A stretch of 63,868 nucleotides of DNA, counting the filler, from Cladosporium halotolerans (lineage: Eukaryota): assembly GCF_011745625.1 (NCBI RefSeq). It is 4 parts of 4 records of this genome, joined end to end, with 100 filler letters (N's around TTAATTAATTAA, not from the genome) between each part and the next. Parts side by side here need not be neighbours in the genome. Positions count along the whole stretch, not along the records: positions 51,757 to 63,868 come from NW_027191576.1; 3 more parts are not named here. One strand, written 5' to 3'. The translations under genes and the position numbers were made by a program. The first letter of the stretch is position 1, and every line of letters begins with the position of its first letter. The notes under the pieces were generated by a model. The model did not search any database and had not been told where the DNA came from. It was given only the letters and a program-made list of their open reading frames with translations. Of this stretch, positions 60,101-63,868 are shown in pieces.

Positions 60101-62505
60101 AGTCTGCCGAACAGGAGGAAGCGTTGGAGCGAATCATCAACGGCTCCGACTCCGCGCTCGCAGTTGTGCTACCGACGGGAGGTGGAAAATCGTTGCTGTT
60201 CACCGCCCCCGCTTGCTTGGAGGACCCGGGTATCACAATCGTCATCGTCCCGTATCGACAGCTCATCGAAGAGACTCTGAGCGACGCAAAATCCCGAGGC
60301 ATCCGCGCCGTCGAATGGAGTCGCGACTTGTGTGATCCGGCGGAGATCGTCTTCATCAGTGCCGACAAGCTGGGCAACACTTTCTTCGACTACTCCGCAC
60401 GCATGGCCGAGAAGGGTCTGGTGCGACGAGTGTTCGTGGATGAGTGTCATCTGGCAATCACGGCGCACAGCTGGCGGCCGAGACTGGGCTCGCTGGCGAG
60501 GCTGAGATGCATCGAGGCCCCGACGATCATGCTCACGGCGACACTACCGCTGCACATGGAGACAGATCTCGAGACGACGATGAGATGTGAACTCTCGCTC
60601 ACGCTGATCAGGGCTTGCACCGCACGGAGTACGACGAGATACATCGTCAAAGCCGAGGTCGAAGGCGGGAAGCTGATGGAAGAGGCGATCGAGGTCTGCA
60701 GCAAGCAACTGGAACGATTGCAGCACAAGTCAAAGATGGTCGTCTACTGCCGCTCTAAGGCCGAGTGTGAAGAACTGGCTGGAGCACTAGGCTGCAATTA
60801 CTTCTACTCCGGCTCGGCCGACAACGCAGACGTCATCGAACTGTGGAAAGAGGCCGGCGGGTGCGTGGTGGCGACGACGGCGCTGGGCACGGGTGTCAAC
60901 TACACCGGGGTAGCACTCGCGGTGCACATCGGCATGCCGTACGGCTTCATCGACTTCGCACAGGAGTCAGGCAGGGCAGGCAGGGGCGGCGAGGTCGTCA
61001 CATCACTGATACTGCTCGAGAAGAATTGGCAGACAAGAGAAGCAGCGAAGCGCACGGCGATGCGGCGAGAATGGACCCCAGACGAGAAGGCGATGCTCGA
61101 CTTTGTCAACACAGACGACTGCCGCAGACTGGTGCTCGGGGGATACTTCGACAGGAAGCCCGCCCAAGATTGCATCTCGGGAGAGATGGAGAGATGCGAT
61201 CGATGCCGCAGCGGAGTCTCCGACTGGGCTCGGTCAGAGAAGGAGATGTCACAAGAACGAGAGATCGTGGAGGACGCTCTGGATCAGATCACGAACGGAT
61301 GCCCCGTCTGCTGGGTGACTTCGGCTTTGGGCAGCGGTCTTGCATGGCTACACGATGGCAAGACTTGCACGCATCGTCAGACGATCCCGATCGACACCGG
61401 CGACACTTTGAGCATGAGCGAAGACGCTTGCGATCGGTTCCGCTCGACGATCCGATATCTGGACGGCGGGAAGACTTGTCACGCTTGCGGCATCAGTCAA
61501 AAGATGTGCCGGACGAGGGAGAGCGGACAAGGTGGTTGTCAGTGGCCGAGGGTGGCACCCGCGATTCTCATGTTGGCGACAACAAACACGTTCGGCCGAA
61601 ACATCATCAGGCAGGTCGGTTATGTGGGTGAGTCGGGAGATTGGAAAGGGTATGCTCTCTGGCTCGGTCAGCCGCACCGTCTACGATTGTGGGGAGAACT
61701 GGTCAGCAACTCGATGGTGGTGATCAAAGACCTCTTGATCTACTGCAAGCAAGAGATGAAGACGGAGCCGTGGGACGCCGAGAGCATGGGCGACTTGGAT
61801 GAGCTCGAGCACGAGCATGAAAGAGGAGGGCTACCCGTGGAAAACACCGATGCAAACGACGCGACCGGCAGCAGTGACGTCTTCGGCAGCGACGTCTTCG
61901 ACGAGTTCACGGAAGGCAACGGGGACGGCGCAGACGAAGGCGGAGACAACGAAGGCGGTGAAGAGAAGGAAGAAGAGAACGACGTCGCTGAAGCCGCTCC
62001 GGCGCAGCGATACTGGAGGCGGCAATCTCGAGTGATCGAATCCGTTCTCGACCCGAACCGCTTGCGAGAGCTGACGGACGAATGGCACGAGCAATGCGCC
62101 GTGTGCAAGGCGAGCGGTAAGATCGCTCGAGGACACGGGCACTGGTCGGCTTGCACCCGCATGCAGGGCGTGAAAGAGAAGATGACGGAAGCGATCAAGA
62201 TACTGGAGGGAGTTCAGTTCGCTAGTTTTGCTCACTGCAAGTGGTGCTACAGATCTCAAGCCGTTTGCGAGATGTGGGCACGAAGCGTCAATTTGCAAGG
62301 AAGGGCGGTGTTCAAGAAGAAGCCCGGAGTCGACCGCAAGTACGGGAACTGGGTGTTGGAAGCTACTGCTGCATTTCTGGTTCTCGGGGCGGACGGCGGT
62401 CTCGAAGAATGGAAGGCTCGCGACCCGTCGCTGGCGGCGTTCAAGCAAGAAATGGGTACGAAACACAGGCGAGGCGAGGTGGAGTTCAGTGGGCTTTTCG
62501 GATAA
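57115..62505 (+). CDS. DUF3505-like Zn finger + putative tyrosine-recombinase core + RecQ-family helicase (telomere-linked-helicase type); one in-frame TAA
   Basis: ORFs 57115-58305 and 58345-62505 share a frame. N-terminal C/H fingers; GGQPARGTE, YNK, QFRHAA and KRY; helicase motifs LPTGGGKS, VDECH, LTATLP, VYCRS, ATTALGTGVN, QESGRAGR; CRR...CDRC Zn site; C-terminal Cys clusters. Confidence 0.88.
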
Positions 62506-62930
62506 CGTTACTTTTACACTTGGGCTTGAGCCGGGGAAGGCCGCTTATATAAGAAAGAAAGTGCGAGACCGCTTAGGTTGGGAAAAGAATGCGAGACCGT
62601 TTATTGCACAACCGTTCAGGTGTCGCGAGAAGAGGTAGGTTATCTAACCGTTCAGGTGTCACGAGAAAGGGCAGGTTCGCTGGCCGAGCCGCTCATTCAG
62701 ATGAAGCGTCGCCGTAACAGGGAACCGGAAGTGGGACGAGGGTGATTGAGGCAATAATAACAGACCGCTCAGATCGGGGAAGAAAGTATGGAGGGATGGA
62801 ACAGCGAAGCAGACTGCTTCAGCAGAACACCGGTTAGAGGGAACGAAGGCGGTTGGGAGAAGAAGCGACGGGGTCAGCGGAGCGTACAGGTGTCGATGGA
62901 AGATCGTTCGAGTCAGGAAAGGAATGCGGA

Positions 62931-63232
62931 CACCGCTTAGGTCAGGAAAGGAGACCGCTTACGGTTAGGCAAAGAAATGAAAGACCGCTTAGGTGAGGAG
63001 AGAAAGTGTGAGACCGCTTAGGTTAGGGAGGAAAATGGAAGACCGCTTAGGTTAGGGAGGAAAATGTGAGACCGCTTAGGTTAGGAAGGGAAATGAAAGA
63101 CCGCTTAGGTTAGGAAGGGAAATGAAAGACCGCTTAGGTTAGGGAGGAAAATGCGAGACCGCTTAGGTTAGGGAGGGAAATGAGAGACCGCTTAGGTTGG
63201 GGAAGGAAAGTGAATGGAGAACCGCTTAGTTC
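62931..63232 (+). repeat. 29-bp tandem array containing TTAGG-TTAGG(G)
   Basis: ACCGCTTAGG starts at 62984, 63013, 63042, 63071, 63100, 63129, 63158 and 63187. Degenerate copies at 62932, 62954, 63221 and ~62541-62590. Confidence 0.93.
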
Positions 63233-63497
63233 AGAAAGGAAAAGGTGGCACGCCCGTACGGAGGCATAGGGCGGACCGAAGTGGCATGATGGGAAAAAGA
63301 GATTGAAGGCAGACATTCAGACGTAACAGGTTGAGGGTTCATCGAAGTTGGGGGTTAGATTTGTTCGAGTGTTCGAAGGCATAAGCCGTCAGTGCATCGT
63401 TTCATTGCATCGTTTCAGTGTGTCAGTATCACAGATGGAGTGTCGGAAAGTCGGGACAGGCGTGAGGGTTAGGATTGATAGAGGGTCCGGTTGGAGA

Positions 63498-63868
63498 CAG
63501 GGTGGGCAGTGAACGAGCACTGAACAGTTCGTTCGGTTCGTTCGGACCCCGTTGAACAAACGAACAGATGACTGATTACATAATCGATCGAATGAACAAA
63601 TATACCTGTTCGTTCAGCATGTTCAGGGTGTTCAGTGTGATGATAAGACAAACCCAACCCTAACCCTCGATCACCGGGACGGGCATCCCGCGCAAAGCAG
63701 CCATGGCTTGTGAGATCACCCGGGAAGGAATATGCGGGGAACGCGACCGTGTCGCGACTGCCCGCGCGGTAGACCACTTCATGTTCCACAAATTACAGCA
63801 TGAGCGTCCAATCCGACTCTCAAGGTTCAACAAACCCGCAGCCAAGCGTTCCACACGGAGCTGAGCAA
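63498..63868 (+). mobile_element. Probable left end of a hAT-like element
   Basis: Starts CAGGGTGGGCAG, followed by dense GAAC/GTTC subterminal repeats in both orientations and AACCCTAACCCT at ~63656. Right end is outside the window. Confidence 0.5.

Noticed and set aside
8095..62505. A single Starship spanning DUF3723 to the YR-like gene
   Set aside because: They are on different contigs, the YR-like domain is fused to a helicase and does not look like a DUF3435 captain, and no boundaries are visible.
57115..62505. AcademH or Helitron as the source of the helicase
   Set aside because: No separate Academ transposase or TIRs are visible, and the helicase is SF2 RecQ (DECH, QESGRAGR) rather than the Pif1-type helicase with HUH Rep found in Helitrons.
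62931..63232. CRISPR array or true telomere
   Set aside because: Inter-core segments are near-identical purine runs rather than spacers. There is no pure (TTAGGG)n tract and sequence continues beyond it.

Overview
Eukaryotic DNA with spliceosomal introns and gene families typical of a filamentous ascomycete. The window is accessory and transposon-rich. It is not one locus: three identical 100-bp linkers (44 N + TTAATTAATTAA + 44 N) join four pieces, 1-17760, 17861-34858, 34959-51656 and 51757-63868, probably unplaced contigs sorted by length. Piece 1 holds nested gypsy/hAT/LINE debris, two hAT-type MITEs, minisatellites, a BTB gene, a DUF3723-like gene (a family common in Starships), an intact Tad1-type LINE and a frameshifted amidohydrolase. 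Piece 2 holds an SRPK-like kinase, a decayed chimeric LINE, a divergent Hsp70/actin-fold gene and an ATP-grasp-like gene with an integrase-Zn-like N-terminus. Piece 3 holds an FSH1 esterase, an NRPS-like A-T-R reductase with a nonsense codon, a polypyrimidine tract, a repeated 50-bp hairpin and a Tc1/mariner fragment. Piece 4 is the best candidate for a new system: a ~1800-codon 'telomere-linked RecQ helicase'-type gene whose middle reads as a tyrosine-recombinase catalytic core. It has a divergent unknown partner gene, a pair of ~275-bp diverged direct repeats carrying telomere-like boxes on one side and a 29-bp TTAGG(G) array on the other, suggesting a recombinase-helicase mobile or subtelomeric element. 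All domain calls come from motifs read by eye; no database search was run.
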